This document shows positions 36,780 through 50,880 of a stretch of DNA of 64,000 bases, piece after piece (positions within the stretch are counted from its first letter, which is position 1; each line of letters begins with the position of its first letter). The stretch lies in contig NC_058368.1 in assembly GCF_018350175.1 (NCBI RefSeq), positions 30,382,001 to 30,446,000 on the forward strand, written 5' to 3'. Position numbers and translations under genes: made by a program. A model generated the notes under the pieces. It saw only the letters and a program-made list of their open reading frames with translations, was not told where the DNA came from and ran no database searches. Origin of the DNA: Felis catus (Eukaryota).

Positions 36780-39180
36780 ATGTTTCACATAGGCTTAATT
36801 CTGGGGCTGTCTTACCCAGTGGAGATAACCAATGACAAGCACCAGTCAAACGGCGGGCGTAATTGACAGATCTTTAGGATCTGGATTGCACCCAGTGAAT
36901 TATTTTAAAATAGTAGCCAACAGCTGTTAGTTGTCACTATGTTTGAGACAGGACTTCACCGGTTCTTGGCATTTGAAATTATATCATCCTGGGGAAAATC
37001 TTTTGGTCATTGAGAGAGAGAGAGAGAAAAGAGAAGAGAAGGGAAGAGAAGAGAAATTCAGAGAGCAAGGCCCATTTCTTCATTTCTTTCTCTAAAATAT
37101 TGATTTTCCATTTTAAGTTAGAGCCAAATATCAATATAGGTAAAATTGGTAGTTCCCAGAACTGATGAGAATTCACAGAGCTTAGCAAATGAATGCATGG
37201 CTTGATCTTACTGCAACATATTTAGAGAGAAAAGAGTGTATTGATCAACTTGCTTTAGGACACCATCTATGAATTACTATTGTTTGAAATAGCCTTGTTG
37301 CCGAAAGTTTATATATGCTATATTTTGTTCATTATAAGGGAATTCAAACTTTGCCCGTTTTGAGAAATGGTCTAATATTAGGGGTGTCATGAGGATATGT
37401 TTTAATATGTAATATATGAGTTCTGGGTCCTTGTCCTGCCTTAGTTGCTAAATCATAGTTTAATCTTGTATGAAAAATACACAACGTCCCTGCCTCAGTT
37501 ACCCTCTTAGGAACGTTAAAAGTTTATGCACTATTCATTTTTAAGCACAATGGAAGAGGGCTTTGTTATAAAAAGTCATCTCATTTTATACCCTTGATTA
37601 CCAAAGGTTAAAATCTACCTATCTAAGAAGTAAAATGTTTACTAGGGTACCTTCACCTTTGTTCCTCCTTTGACTTACTTTTAGGGCAGCTTTTTATTAT
37701 TTTGAATTACAATTCTTAAAAAAAAGCCTGTAGCTACAACAGTGTCTAGAAGCATTCATGCTTTAATTGCTTCACATATAACATTTAGTAATTACTGAGT
37801 TGACACACTTCATTTATCTAAATTTATCCAGCTATAATGAAAGCTGCCCACATAATTTTTCTATTGTGAATGACAAATACACAGTTCTATCATAACCCTA
37901 CTTATTTTGGAGTGGCCCCCAAAGAAATCTACCTTGAAACTTCTGACCATAAAGAGGTCCTTTATCTATTTGGAGGTACTGAATATTAGAAAAAAATAAA
38001 GTTAGCTTTATTAAGTTAAATTGTTCAGGAAAGAATTAGCAGAAAATCTATAGTAATGTTTATAAGTGGATGGTGACTAAAGTTATTTGTTTTTGTTTCA
38101 TAAGTTTCACAGAATTGTAAAATGTTAGAGTTAGATAATAAATTACAGATTCTAAATGCTTAAAGGAGGAGTTCAAGAGAACACAGAATAGGAATCAAAC
38201 ATTCTAGAACTCTTTTCCAGATGTGGAGAATGTAATTTAAAAGAATCAGTTAACATTTGACTCCATCAGATTTGAAAGATATTAGTAATAATCTTTCATC
38301 ATACATTCACAGAATTATTAGAATTAGTAAAGTAAGTTGCCAAGTGAATGCTAAAGACACAAGTAGTATAGGAATTGAGAGTTTTTGTGGATAGAAAGAT
38401 GGGGGAAGCCATGACCTTCTGCTGGATCACCATAGGTACATGAATCAGATATAGATTAATGCAAAAACCAGAGAATCACATTCCTGGAAGGTGCAATGAG
38501 AGAGTAAAAGCTTGAAGGTGGGAATGAGTAAAATGTGTTCCGACGGTCCAGAAAAACAGGCTTCGTCCTAGAGGATGATAAACTTGGGCATGATTCATTT
38601 GGTTGGAATGTGGTAGATCTTGAACTTGATCAAGTAGAATGCGGATGAAATTCCAAGTATTTGCTCTGTAAAAGACATAATGATTAAGCTTCAAGTAGCT
38701 CATGAAATGGTGATAGGAGACATCAGCAGTAAGATCGTGGCAGCTTTCAAACTTGCCAAAGCTAAAATCAGCTGGGCCAATTGTTGAGTTTGTAGTACTT
38801 AGAGCAGCACCTGGCATGTAGTAGGTACTCAATAAATATTTGTTGGATTGAAATGAATTTTGACCAGTCTTGAGTCCATCTTAATCCAAGCGTTATTTGT
38901 TCAGATGAATGATCGTTGTCAGAGATCTTGTGTTTTAGTATGAGAGGCCAGAGAACTACTGTATCTTTCAAAATTCCAATGAAAAAGGTTATAAGTAGGA
39001 ACTGATTCATCCATAGAACATATGTTTATTAATTCATTTAGTTAATAAATATTGAGCATCTCCCACGTGATTAAAACTCTTCTGGTTGGCAGGGGTACAG
39101 AGGTGAATGAGACACATAACATCTCTGGCCTCATGGAACTTCTACTTTAATGTGGGAGACAAAACAAATATATAAAATAT

Positions 39181-40100
39181 TGTGACATAGCAAAGAATAT
39201 ATTTGTTTTTTTGTCCCAGTTCCTACCACAGAGCCTCAGCTCTGGAATTTTGGAATTTCATTGGAATTTTCTGAGTGATAGGAGGATCTTTGTGATGCTA
39301 ATGAGATGGCTAATAGTGGGTTCCTCAGTAGTTTCAGGATGGGGTCACCAGCCAGAAAAACTATGTCATTAGAGGTTTGGGGCAATCTGACCTCTTGGAG
39401 ATTGAGTCCAAGCTTGTAGACAGTGGTTTAATCAATCACACCTACATAATGAAATCCCAAGAAAACCTCTGGATGCCAAGGCTTGCTGGAGCTTCTCAGG
39501 TGGTGAACACATTGATCTGCAGGGAAGGGTGATGCACTCTGACTCTACAGGGAAAGAGAATGGTTGCTCTGTGCCCCTTCCCAGCCCCAGCTGATGCGTA
39601 GCCTTTGTAACAAAACTATAATCATAAGCATAGGATTTCCCAGAGTTCTGTGAGTTGTTCCAGCAAGTTATTGAACCTGAGGGAGTTGTGGGAACTCTGA
39701 ATTTATAGCCGGTCAGTTACAAGTGTGGGTGACCTGGAGTTCTTTAAAGTGTTGCTGTCATCTGAGGAAAGGTAGTCTTGTGGAAGACCAGAACTACTTT
39801 AACATGTGAGGTCTGCCTTAACTCTGGGTACTTACTGGGATTTTTTTAATGTTAATTGAGAGAGAGAGAGAGCACAGGAGAGCGAGCATACAAGTGGGGG
39901 AGGGGCAAAGAGAAAGGGAGACAGAGGATCCGAAGCAGGGTCCACACTGACAGCAGTGAGCCCCATGTGGGGCTGAAACTCATGAACCATGAGATCATGA
40001 CCTGAGCCGAAGTCAGATGCTCAATTGACTGAACCACCCAGGTGCCCCTGGGTAGTTCGTGTTAGAATTGAATTGTGGTACACACAGTTGAGGTGGAAAC

Positions 40101-40101
<1 letters not shown>
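39181..40101 (+). mobile_element. ERVL-type solo LTR (MER21-like) split by a Can-SINE
   Basis: TG...CA ends; 'tttaatcaatcacacctacataatgaaa', 'aaaactataatcataagcatag', 'gagttctgtgagttgttccagcaagttattgaacctga'. Confidence 0.75.
39841..40048 (-). mobile_element. Can-SINE
   Basis: 'gagatcatgacctgagccgaagtcagatgc...cacccaggtgcccc'. Confidence 0.95.

Positions 40102-40102
<1 letters not shown>

Positions 40103-40145
<43 letters not shown>
40103..40145. repeat. (TG)n microsatellite
   Basis: Directly visible. Confidence 0.95.
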
Positions 40146-40148
<3 letters not shown>

Positions 40149-43100
40149 GAAAGTGTTAAATTCTCATGAGGTTTGGGTGTGTTGTCTTTTCGGATGCCAA
40201 ATAATGAGACTGCTGTTTGGTGATGTTAGTGGAAACTAGCCTATCTCCTTCTCAAATTGCATCATGAAAAGGGACCCCTAGTACACCTTCTCTTATTCCT
40301 GAGAATTTGGGGTTGCTTTAAGGAGAGAATAAAACATAAAAGTTAGACCCTGAAGGGCTGGTGATATTTGGGTAGGCAGAGAAGGAAAGGTAAGAAAGAC
40401 CTAAAGTAGTTTGAACCCCTTGCAAACAATAGAGCCAGCCCTCTGGACATCTCATGCTTACTAAAGTCTTCAGCTATTTCCCCTTATAGGCCAAATCGAG
40501 GTGAACATCCTGTGAATGTGAAGTGTAATGTGGGTATAGTTTTTACTGATGTTATTATTACTAATGATGGTAACTCTCCTCCTCCTCCTCGATGATTCGA
40601 GTTTCCCAGTGTATTTTCTATGTCAGCTCGTGATTCTTTCAGTAACATTCTGAGGTAGATTATTATTTTCTGAATTTACACAGATGGAAAAAAAAGATGG
40701 CTGGAGAGGTTAAGAGATTTGCCACTGGTTTTAAAGGCGAGAAGGAGACAGACTGAGATTCAGACTCATGTCCTTTCACAAGGGATCCAGGCTCTCTACA
40801 TGAGACCAAAACTTCCCTGTAAAATCCAGGGCCGTAATTTTCTCGTTTTATTGTTTTTCCCATCCAGATTTACTTGAATGAGAACAGAATGCCAAGCCAT
40901 TATTGAACAGAATAATTACTGGGCCCTGAAGGAGGATGGAGATAGAACCTATAATTCCACCTCTGGAGGAGTGTCCTGTTTCTCATTGAACATTCAAGGC
41001 CATTCTGTAAGGGTCTGGAGTAGGACGAAGCCTGTGACTTGAACACTGAGGGCGCAAGAAATGAAACAGCCTTCTTTTTTTTTTAAAAATGGAAGGCATT
41101 TTATCGGATATGTGTGCCCAAAAGCAATGTCTGTAAACTATAAATGGGTTATTTGAGAACTCAGCAAAATTAGGGGCCTTTTGAAAGAATGATTCTTGTA
41201 GAAAATATTTTTTTTTTTTACCTTGTGAATTGTCCTTCAGTGAACATCTAGGTAAATATACATGCACTGAAACTATGAGTTTCCATTAGGCATTGTGAAA
41301 CTGAGTGAGATTTTGTCGAGTGTCAGGGGCTCAGCAGACTCATATTGGTCATTGTCACAAATGACTGACTCTTCTTTGTAACAGGGTGGTGGCACCTGTG
41401 ATGTTCTCAGCCATCTATTAAAAGTTATAACAATTTCCCTTTGAACAGTATCCCTTATGAAAATATCTTGTTGGTGATTTTTTTTTCTTATGTTTCAAGC
41501 TTTTTAGTGATGAGATAAGGAACTTGGAAGAAGTTTTCTTACACTGAAAATTTACTTAATGGTAAACCTACGCAGGGACCCAAACTTTTTACTTTTCTTT
41601 AGAAATAAACACAAAAGCAAATGAAATGTGCTAATGTGCTCCCAATTAGCACATTCATTAAGGACTATGCTGAACGCAGTAATGAACTTTTCGCCTCTGA
41701 TTGAAGATAGAATTCACAATGATAAATTAGCGAGCATATCTGCTGAAAGTTGCCAAATTATAGGGCTGAATGAGGACTCCTAATAAAATCACTCACCACC
41801 CACATGAAAATGATAAATACGAATCCAAAACACCTGAAAAATATCCTGCACATGAGCGTAGATCTTTCTTTGAGGAAATGCCAGCTAAAAATTAATCTCG
41901 AACACTAATGTGGCTTCATCTGGTTGATTTGTCTGCCCAAGAGTTTGGGTTTGAGGCAGTAGCTTTCCTGTGTTCAGATAAGGGTGACTCCTATTAAACA
42001 TACAGTGAAATGAGAGAATCTCTTATTTTAGGTTTATTAGGTGCTGCTAACACCACAGGAATCCCTAAGCTCGAGGCGTGTTAACCAGCACGAATGTGAG
42101 CTGGCTGGAAGAGACAATTTCAGTGCAGATCACAGTAGGAATGGAATGCCAGAAACTGCTAAATATTAAATTCAACTCTGTTACCGGTAGTGGGGATAGA
42201 GGTCACTGAGGTGGGTAATGAAGATATGACAACGATGATGATGATTAGTAAGAATTGTTTCCATTTGTTGATTTCTTCTCCATCAGACAGTGTGTCATGT
42301 ATATTGCCTTTATGTAAAGTGCCTTTATGTGAAGAAATTATTACTATTCTCTTTCTTCAGAGGAGGAAACAGAGTACATCAATATTTTCTTTTCTTTTCT
42401 TTGTCTTTTTTTTTCTTTTTGGAATTCAGTACTTTCACGATGATTTAGACCCTCTCTCTACCCACTACAGGATACTTTCTGCCTGGAAGGCCCTGTTTTC
42501 TCTCCATTGATCTGTGTGTCTTTTGATAATGGCTACTCAAGAAGTATTCACCACCATGACCGTCTGCTTGGCAACTTAGATAGTTTGCCAACGTTACTTT
42601 GGCTCAGTACTTTTTGATAATTTTGGAGTTGTGTTTTCCCTTCTCCCACTCACAGTTCTTCAAAGTTAGAGATAGGTTTCTATTGCTTTTGAATACTCCC
42701 AAGGCTCTCTAGTATAGTGCTCTACTTAGAATAGAAATCCAATAAATGTTGTTGTTCAGTGAGATAAGAATCTATCATGTTTTTAAATACTTCTGAAAAA
42801 TGAGATTCCTTTGCCTCCTTTGGAAACACATCCCAGGGTGTATCAGCTTTAGCTGTCAGGAAATTTGCCCTTCATTCTTATCTGTATACCTCATGCCATT
42901 TCTCCTCTTTACTGAATCTTTCGAACAATCTTTGTGTGATGGCCCTTCATACACTCGAAAGTTTGTTTCATGTTTCCTTGAGCTGCTCCTCAAGACAAAA
43001 TAATGAGCCTTCAAGTGACCATTATGGATTTTTTTTAACATAGATGCTCTTCCTTTAATTATGTTCAAAAGAATTTACATCAGAGAAAACATAAGAAACC

Positions 43101-44769
43101 AAACAAAATAAAAACTAAGTTATTTTTCTAATTCTCTTATAGTTTTGCCTGTAGACAAGTCATGACATAACTCATGTTCTTCATAATGGTTGTAATGATT
43201 ACTTCTGAGAGTAGTAACAAGTCTTTGTAAGCTTGGGTTTTCTAAAAGTCAACATTCATATGTGTTCCTTTCTTTTTTTTTCTGGAGAAATTTAGGTTTT
43301 AGTTTTCCTTTAACAATTTTTTGTTTGAAGGGAAAGAGATTGACAAATCACAAAGGTTCCAGACTACTTCTAGCCAGAAATCTTCAGTTTTTAATTCCAT
43401 GTTAGTTGTCTTTCTCCTAAGAATACAGAATTTATGATTAGGAAGCTGGGTTTTCTCACGGCAGCAGATAGGAGTATTGATGTTTATAATGGGTATGTTT
43501 CAGTATTTTCCCTGAGCAGACCAGTCTCTAATCCCTGTTTTAAAGTCTTTCCTTTAGTATCACATTACAAAATTAATCTTTCCATTTGCCTCACTCCAAA
43601 CCATTTAATACCGTTTGACTCCACATAAAATACCCTGACATGAGCTTTAAATAAAAGCTGGATAGGGCTAAGTTGTGTGCATATTGTGTTTGGGATTAAG
43701 AAACTAAATTCGACAGGTAATGGAGTAGGATTTAACTGCTCCATGATGCTAAACTGTGAGGTGTCATGCCAATCATCTGTCCAGGAAATATAAGCTCTAA
43801 AAGGAAAGTGAGATGTATTTCAGATGCCTGATCACACAAGCAAAAGGTTAGCTCCTCAAGGATGGAAGTTTGCAGACAGCTGCCTTCATCTCTCGAGGGG
43901 ACTCTGGGAGTTAAGGCCATCATACAAATAGGCTTATTTGCCTGAGGATTAGAGATAGGTTTCCTGGGAGACATGATAAAGAAACCTCTGTGACAAATGG
44001 CCAGCGCCTCATGTTAAATAAAGGGGAAACAAAACTTTAAAGCGGTGAGGCAATGGCTATGGGATGTTTAGAGAGTTTCCTACCTATTTGGTAGAAAAAG
44101 CATGCCATATGTACGTAGGAGAAAACGGATTTTGAAATGTTTCTTGCCAAGACTGCTACCAATAGCAATAAATCCTTGCTTTTATTTGTGACAGCCAAGA
44201 AATTTTGAGCTCAATTTTGTAGTCAATCAAAATAACGAGCTCAATCTAATTCTTTGATGAATTTTATTCTGTCTCTGTACCATAACTTAATATTTTTTCA
44301 ACTATTGTAACGGTCCTATTTTTTTTTTTTAAATTGGAATTCTTTCTTTGAAGGAGGTACCATAAAAGTAATAAACAAAAGATAAAACGTCTTCTTCTAC
44401 AAAAAAGGATAACCTATCTATCCACCTATCCGGTCGGGAGGATGACACAAAGAGGGCTGCGAAGTGAGTTGCTGAAGTGTATGATTACACATTTAGTCCA
44501 GCGTCTCAGCTTGATGTGCTGTGCTTTTACTGTGCAATTCCCATTAACGCTGATTGTCCAATTTAGTGCTTCATTAATGAGCCATAGACCACTTGTAAAT
44601 TCCTGACTTACAGAATCAGCCACATTTAAAGTTTTATTCTCCTGAAAGTGTCTCCACCTGACAAGCTGATAATAAATACTTTGCATTCATCCACCCACTT
44701 AACCCTTCTGTCATGTCAGTCTTGGCTATTGTCAGTTGACATTCTGTTTCTTAAATGTATGTAGCGTTT

Positions 44770-45050
44770 ATAGCAATAATAATTACAAGAGCGACCATTT
44801 TTATGGCATTTATTCTGTGCTAAGTTTAGGTTTTAGTGTCGTTTATTGATGGCTTATGATGTTCCAGGTGCTGTGGCAAGCATTCTGCACGCACTAACAC
44901 ATTCAGTCCACGTAATGCTGTGATGTAGGTACTCGTACTATCCCCATTTTATCGAGAAAGTAACCAGAAAGGTTAAGTGAGTTGCCTAGGGTGACAGAAG
45001 CGGTAAGTATAGGAGCTGGAATTTAAACAGGGGTGGTCTAGCTTTTGCAC
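44770..45050 (-). mobile_element. MIR SINE
   Basis: 'tatccccattttatcgag...aggttaagtgagttgcctagggtgacag'. Confidence 0.75.
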
Positions 45051-46274
45051 TTGACTTCTAAAGCTCAGTCTTATAGACGAGGTATATATTCATCCTCAAG
45101 AAGTGGAAAGGACTTTACAGAGGAACTGATGGGTTTGCCTACAGTGTCCAACGCATTTGCACAATAATCAGCCTTTGCATAAAATTTTGCTTTTTGCTTT
45201 CTTGATAGAACCCTGAGCAGTTATACTCACAATTATTCTCTTAACTCTAAGGCAGCATTCTGTGTGCTATGTCTTATATTCAGAAAACTGACCATTTGCA
45301 CATAAGCACTGACCAAATTTAGAATCAAGCAATTGCAATTTTTTGTCACTAAAAATCATAATAGCGTCATTTGGGTCAATATACTTTGAGAGGAATTAGT
45401 AAGTGATGGATGTGCAAATATCATCAGCAGGTGTGATCAACCAAGCAAATAGAATGAATAAAAAAATAGAATGAATAAAAAAATATAAAAAATATTGGTA
45501 AGACATTTGAGGACTTGACTTTGATAAGAGAAAAAGACATAGAACTATTTCCTGCCTGAAGCTCGAAGAAAAAGTAATTATATCTGGAATGTGCTTTTGC
45601 CCAATTCTGCCCATCAAAATCATGCTGTTTCTTCCAAGTCCACGTCTTCAGAGGATCATGCCTGATTCTTTTAGTCCTCGCCAGTATTTTGTGCTTCTTT
45701 GACATTTCCTCTAGAACGGTGCCTCGTATATTAGATTTTCCTCTATTCCTCTTGCATACTCTCTGGTAAATTCTCGGAGGGCAGGGACTATACCTTCTCT
45801 ACTTTTGTGAATGTGTATAGGAAATCAACAAATAGACATTTATTGATTGACAGTCAGCCTCAGGTGGTCCCAATGATTTTCTGTCTTTGAACTAGATTAT
45901 TAGGACTTTGGGAAAACAATCTGTAAATCAAATGCTTTCCATGAGTTATAATGAGAGGATAGATCTTAAAATTATTAGAGGAAATTAAATGAAACGGCCA
46001 TCACATACAGACTTGACATCTAGGATTGGAGTTGCTTCACCTTACAAGTCAAGTTGAATGAACAAGTTCTCAGCAAATCAGTGGAAATCATCCACTGCAA
46101 AATGGAGAATGGGAATATTTTCCTGAGGAATTAGAGATTCTTTTATCCTTGCAACCAGAAAGCAACTCACTTAAAATACAATCAGTTGCACAGCACCTAC
46201 AAACTCAGGACTATGTTATGAGAAATGAAGGAAAGTGGCTTAATGACAAATGCAAACAGAGGTCACGTATCTTA

Positions 46275-46504
46275 GGGGGACCTGGGTGGCTCAGTCGGTT
46301 GAGCCTCTGACTTCGGCTCAGGTCATGATCTCACAGTTCGTGGGTTCGAGCCCCACATCGAGCTCTGTGCTGACCGCTTGCTCAGAGCCTGGAGCCTGCT
46401 TCAGATTCTGTGTCTCCTTCTCTCTCTGCCCCTCCCCCGCTCACGCTTTGTCTCACTCTGTTTCTCAAAAATAAGTAAATGTAAAAAAAAAATTAAAAAG
46501 AAAA
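46275..46504 (+). mobile_element. Can-SINE (SINEC_Fc type)
   Basis: TSD aga(g/a)gtcacgtatctta. Confidence 0.95.
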
Positions 46505-48842
46505 AGAAGTCACGTATCTTAATGGTGTACGCTATGATGAAAACTCAAGGGTGAGCTCGTATCAGAAATAACTCGTGAGTTATTCAAAAGTGAGGGGGAG
46601 ATTATTTAGTAGAAATAACTGGAGAGGCAAGTTCTGTTTGAAAGCTCAAGTATGATAAAAATTATCTATCCGGTGGTACTATCCAACTCCTTTGGTTTAG
46701 ACTCTTGGTTTAGCAGAAACCTTCCGCTTTCCAATTTGGCTTTCCACGAGCTTTGATACTGTTAGTGGAGTCTGGGTCTAAGCCTCAATTGTTTCTGTTC
46801 CACTTTCATTTATATTCTATTGATCGGTATCCTTTAGATTAATCTCCTTTTTTTTTTTATCAGTACTTCTCTTGGAGAAATGGATAATGTGGGTCAGTTA
46901 ACGAAATCCGTTCATTCTTAAGTGAACAGGCACGGGTTGAGTTTTGTGAACTTGCAAAGCCAAGAATTCATTGGAGTGGTGCCAGAAAGGTTTTCACTAA
47001 GGCATAAGTGGTGCTTGGGGCCTGGAGTGAAATTGGAGGCCAGCCTGATAGATCTCATTCTCTTAACTCACTTCCGTGGCTTGTTAGGCTCATGCAGGCA
47101 TGTGAGATGGTGACTTGGATATTAAATGGTTATCGTCACCGAGGACTGCTTCTCACCGTATAGAACGGTGGTGGTAGATTGTGTTATTGTTCCCAGTTAT
47201 TTCCTCGCCGCTTCTCGAAGGGGATTATATCTCTCCACTTTGTTGGCATCAGTCTTTTTCGATCAGTGAAAGCTTTAACAGCCATTGCTTGGTCCTGGTG
47301 GTGTTCTTTGGCCTCTGCCACCGAAGAGCGCGCGTGAGATGCTGTTGCTCCTTCGCCCTGGATCCCAGAACAGAGCCGCGATGTACTTGCTGCTGTGGTC
47401 TGAGTGACTGTGTGAAACGCTGAAATCTGGGAGTTGTTTGTTCTTGCAGCCTCAAGTAATGAAAGCTGACTAATATCAGCAGTCGCACGCCTCCGATGAA
47501 GTTAATTTGGCATCTACTCTCGTTTCTTGCAGTTTTTGGAAATCTCCTCCATCTCCGGCGTCCGCTCTTAATTTTCAAAATGTTATCACCTGCAAGCATC
47601 GTTCAATGAGAGGGAAGAAGGTCTTTAGGGCAGTCATGCTTGGATTTTATGTTGGATGACAGCTTCACCTCAATTGAGGTCTTGATAATTTGGAAATTAC
47701 AGCCTCACCAGCTCCCAGACCAGCGGGGAGAAAAGACACAGAAAGCGGAATCTCCCTCGGTGGCAAGGCAGGAGTGCGTGATGACCGAGGTGAGCCCGCT
47801 CATCTTACCTGAGAAGGATTAATGCTTTGCCATGGCTGAGAGGACAGGTGAAACACTGCCACCGAGGCGGGTCAGCTCTGTGAATGGCCGTAATGATAGC
47901 CCTCCCTCCTGGACAAACTCTGGGTACTGCATTAAATTATGCAGAAAATTGAGGACATGCCTTTCAGAAAGAGTGAATGAATCCCTGACCTGGCACCTTT
48001 TATGGCTAGAACTGTGACCAGTAAGCTCAGACGGACTGAGGCAGAAACTTTTAGAATCCTTTTCCTCCTATTCGGTGCGTGCTGGCAGGACTGGCAGTCT
48101 TTGGACGTCCGGGAAAAGACACCTTCCAGAACACAGTGGCCCACACAGGCAGAAGCTGAGGAGAGCCCTCCTCCGTGCTGGTGAGGGATGGTGAGACGCG
48201 ACATGCCATGCACGGGTGCTTTCAGCAGATGACACAAAAGCAGCAGGATGCATTGCGAAATAGCTATCCTAGGAGACTTTCACAGAAGGGTCTCCACGTC
48301 CAGAAGCATTTCTGAGCCAGGCACTTTGACTCTTCGTGGAACTCTTTGGTTTGAAGATCCTATATTTTATCGGTAGCGAGCAATGATCACTAAATTATCT
48401 TGTGTTTGATACGTTTTGTTTGCGTTGCATTTACCAAACAGAGATCAAAGTTCGCAAATCGATTCCAAATTAAGAGACTTGTTGATGGGGAGATGATGTC
48501 AAATTTTTTTTCTCAGGAATTATGGCCAGGGCAACATGCTTCCCTTCCCACACACCATGCACACTCTTTTTTTTTTTTTTTTTGGCCAGGAATATCTCTC
48601 ACTGAAGGGTTACACTTGACTTCTAGCATTCTTTGATGAGATAACTGATATTATTGAAATCCATGCAACGATAAGCCAGTGTTTCTAGGAATCACACAGA
48701 ATTAACAGGAGACCCAGAGTTTAGGTCATATGAATAAATTTACTTGAACATCTTATATTGCCAAAATTGGTAGAGGATTTCTTACATCTTCAATCAGGAA
48801 ATGGACCCAAAGTCAGACCTACCGTGGGCGCATGCATGTGTA

Positions 48843-48845
<3 letters not shown>

Positions 48846-48877
<32 letters not shown>
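48846..48877. repeat. (TG)n microsatellite
   Basis: Directly visible. Confidence 0.95.
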
Positions 48878-48885
<8 letters not shown>

Positions 48886-50269
48886 TGTGTGTGTATTTAA
48901 TGCTTTTGTGCACACAGATAATCTCAACCTGGGCCAACCTCTTGTCATAATCCTTTCACAGTGCACCGTTTTCTTGGATATAATTGAGGGAACAAAACAT
49001 ATACACAAATACCCTCAGGAGTTTCTTCTTTGCTTTTATGCATATTCAGTCAGACCATAGTTACTCTGCTTTGGTCAGGGTGGTTACCTTCATTACATCC
49101 GGGTAGACCGTTTGGGTCCTCTGAAGACACTCTCTGAGTATCATTTGGCTTTTGGTTTTTTTATTCAAGTACAGCTAATTTGCCACACCCTTCATTTCTG
49201 CCTGTCCAAAAATCCCATCAGAGAGAAAGATGTGTTTCTCTCACTACAAGAAAACAGAACTTTCCTTCAAAGGACAGAGCACATGTTCAATGCACAATGA
49301 TGTATCTTAGCCCAAGTTTCTCTCCTAAAATATAACATGGAAGAGGTGCGTAACCTGAGCTCATATATTTGCCCTTCTTTCTGATCCCTTTTAATTACTG
49401 CCATTAACAACATTTCTTCATTTTAAAAATCAAGAGTATTCCTTTAAAATAGGGTAATAGCTGAGTAGCCAGTGCTTGATAAATGACTTTTTGCAATGAT
49501 AGAACCCATGTGAACAGCCCCTGAAGCTATCATGAAAGGTAGCAGGAGTCATGAAGAATCATTTGGATGTACCCGACAAGGGTCACAGTTTTTCTCAATG
49601 AATGAGAAGTGAGTTCCAGAAGAAGTGGGAATCTCTAAAGGTCACCCTTGCATTTCTATTTTGCAGTAGACCTGGTCAAAAGACACAGTATTGATGCTAT
49701 TAAAATTTAGATTGGTTATGTGATTTGCACAGAAAACATATTGTTTTTTGAGTTGAAAATCTTTTGGGAATAAGTCTGATGCCGGGAAGAACATGTAAGT
49801 TAGAAACAGAAAATGTACATTTCCTTCCTGGGGTGAAAGGAAAGGAAAAGAGAATGCTTTTTCAAGTGCCTTTTTCATATCCATAGGAGGTGGGGGGGGG
49901 GGGGAGGAACCAGCACTCAAATTTTTTGTCTGGTTCACTAATCATATTAGCAATGTTTAGGGAAAACACAAAACAGAAATGAAACATAGTTCTGAGTGGC
50001 ACAGTGCAACATTTAGCGTTTGTGTAATACAACATAAGACAGAACTGTAAATAGAAGAAACCTTCGAAATTCTACAAAATTCAGTGTCTTAGGATTCTGA
50101 ATTCATTTTAAAAAGCATAAACTTGCAAAAACATATGGAAATACAATAAGATTTGAAAATTCTATAAATGTATTACATATGTAACAGAATCTTATTAAGT
50201 TGCTAAGAAATTAGAGACAGTGACCTGAAAGAAAATACATACTGCCTTCATGCAGAGTGTGATAATCTA

Positions 50270-50880
50270 TTATTCTGACTCATGGCTTTGGTTATCAGCT
50301 TTATGTGGCTCAGTACAAAATCTATATCTCTGATATGTTTTTTCTGATATCCTGAATCCCCAAGATTCAGGTTCATGGTCCACCTGTTATCGCTACATAG
50401 TTTCATGACTATTTTTCTCATCTCCAAGCACAGCTCATTACTTTTCTGACATCCCAAATTGACGTCCTTTCCTAATTTCCTGTTCCTGGAAATGACCAAG
50501 CCATGGTCTGTGTTCTCCAGGAATGGCACCTTGCACTTGTCTTTGACTGATGGCTTGTCTTCAGCTCCACCTCAGGAATCAGCCACGAAGTCCTCATAGT
50601 TGTATCTGAAAACATTTCTTCCCTCGCTTTCTCTTTCTGCTTCCACTAATATCCTCTTTTGAGTTACTACTGAAAGTTCTAAACTGATTTTCCTGGATCC
50701 AGTATTTATTGCTCTTTTCTTCTCTCCCCCTGCCCTCAGTTAAATTTTACCAAAACACCAAGGCCATGAAAAATTCCCACTGGTCAAGAGTATTCAGGGA
50801 TTTTACCTTGCCATTGGGATTAAGTGGAAATGCTTTGTTATGATCTTCAAAAACCTTAATAACATGGCCCATTGTTTCTA
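50270..50880 (+). mobile_element. L2 LINE fragment
   Basis: L2-like 'cacgaagtcctcatagttgtatctgaaaacatttct' and 'atgatcttcaaaaaccttaataacatggccc'. Confidence 0.5.
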
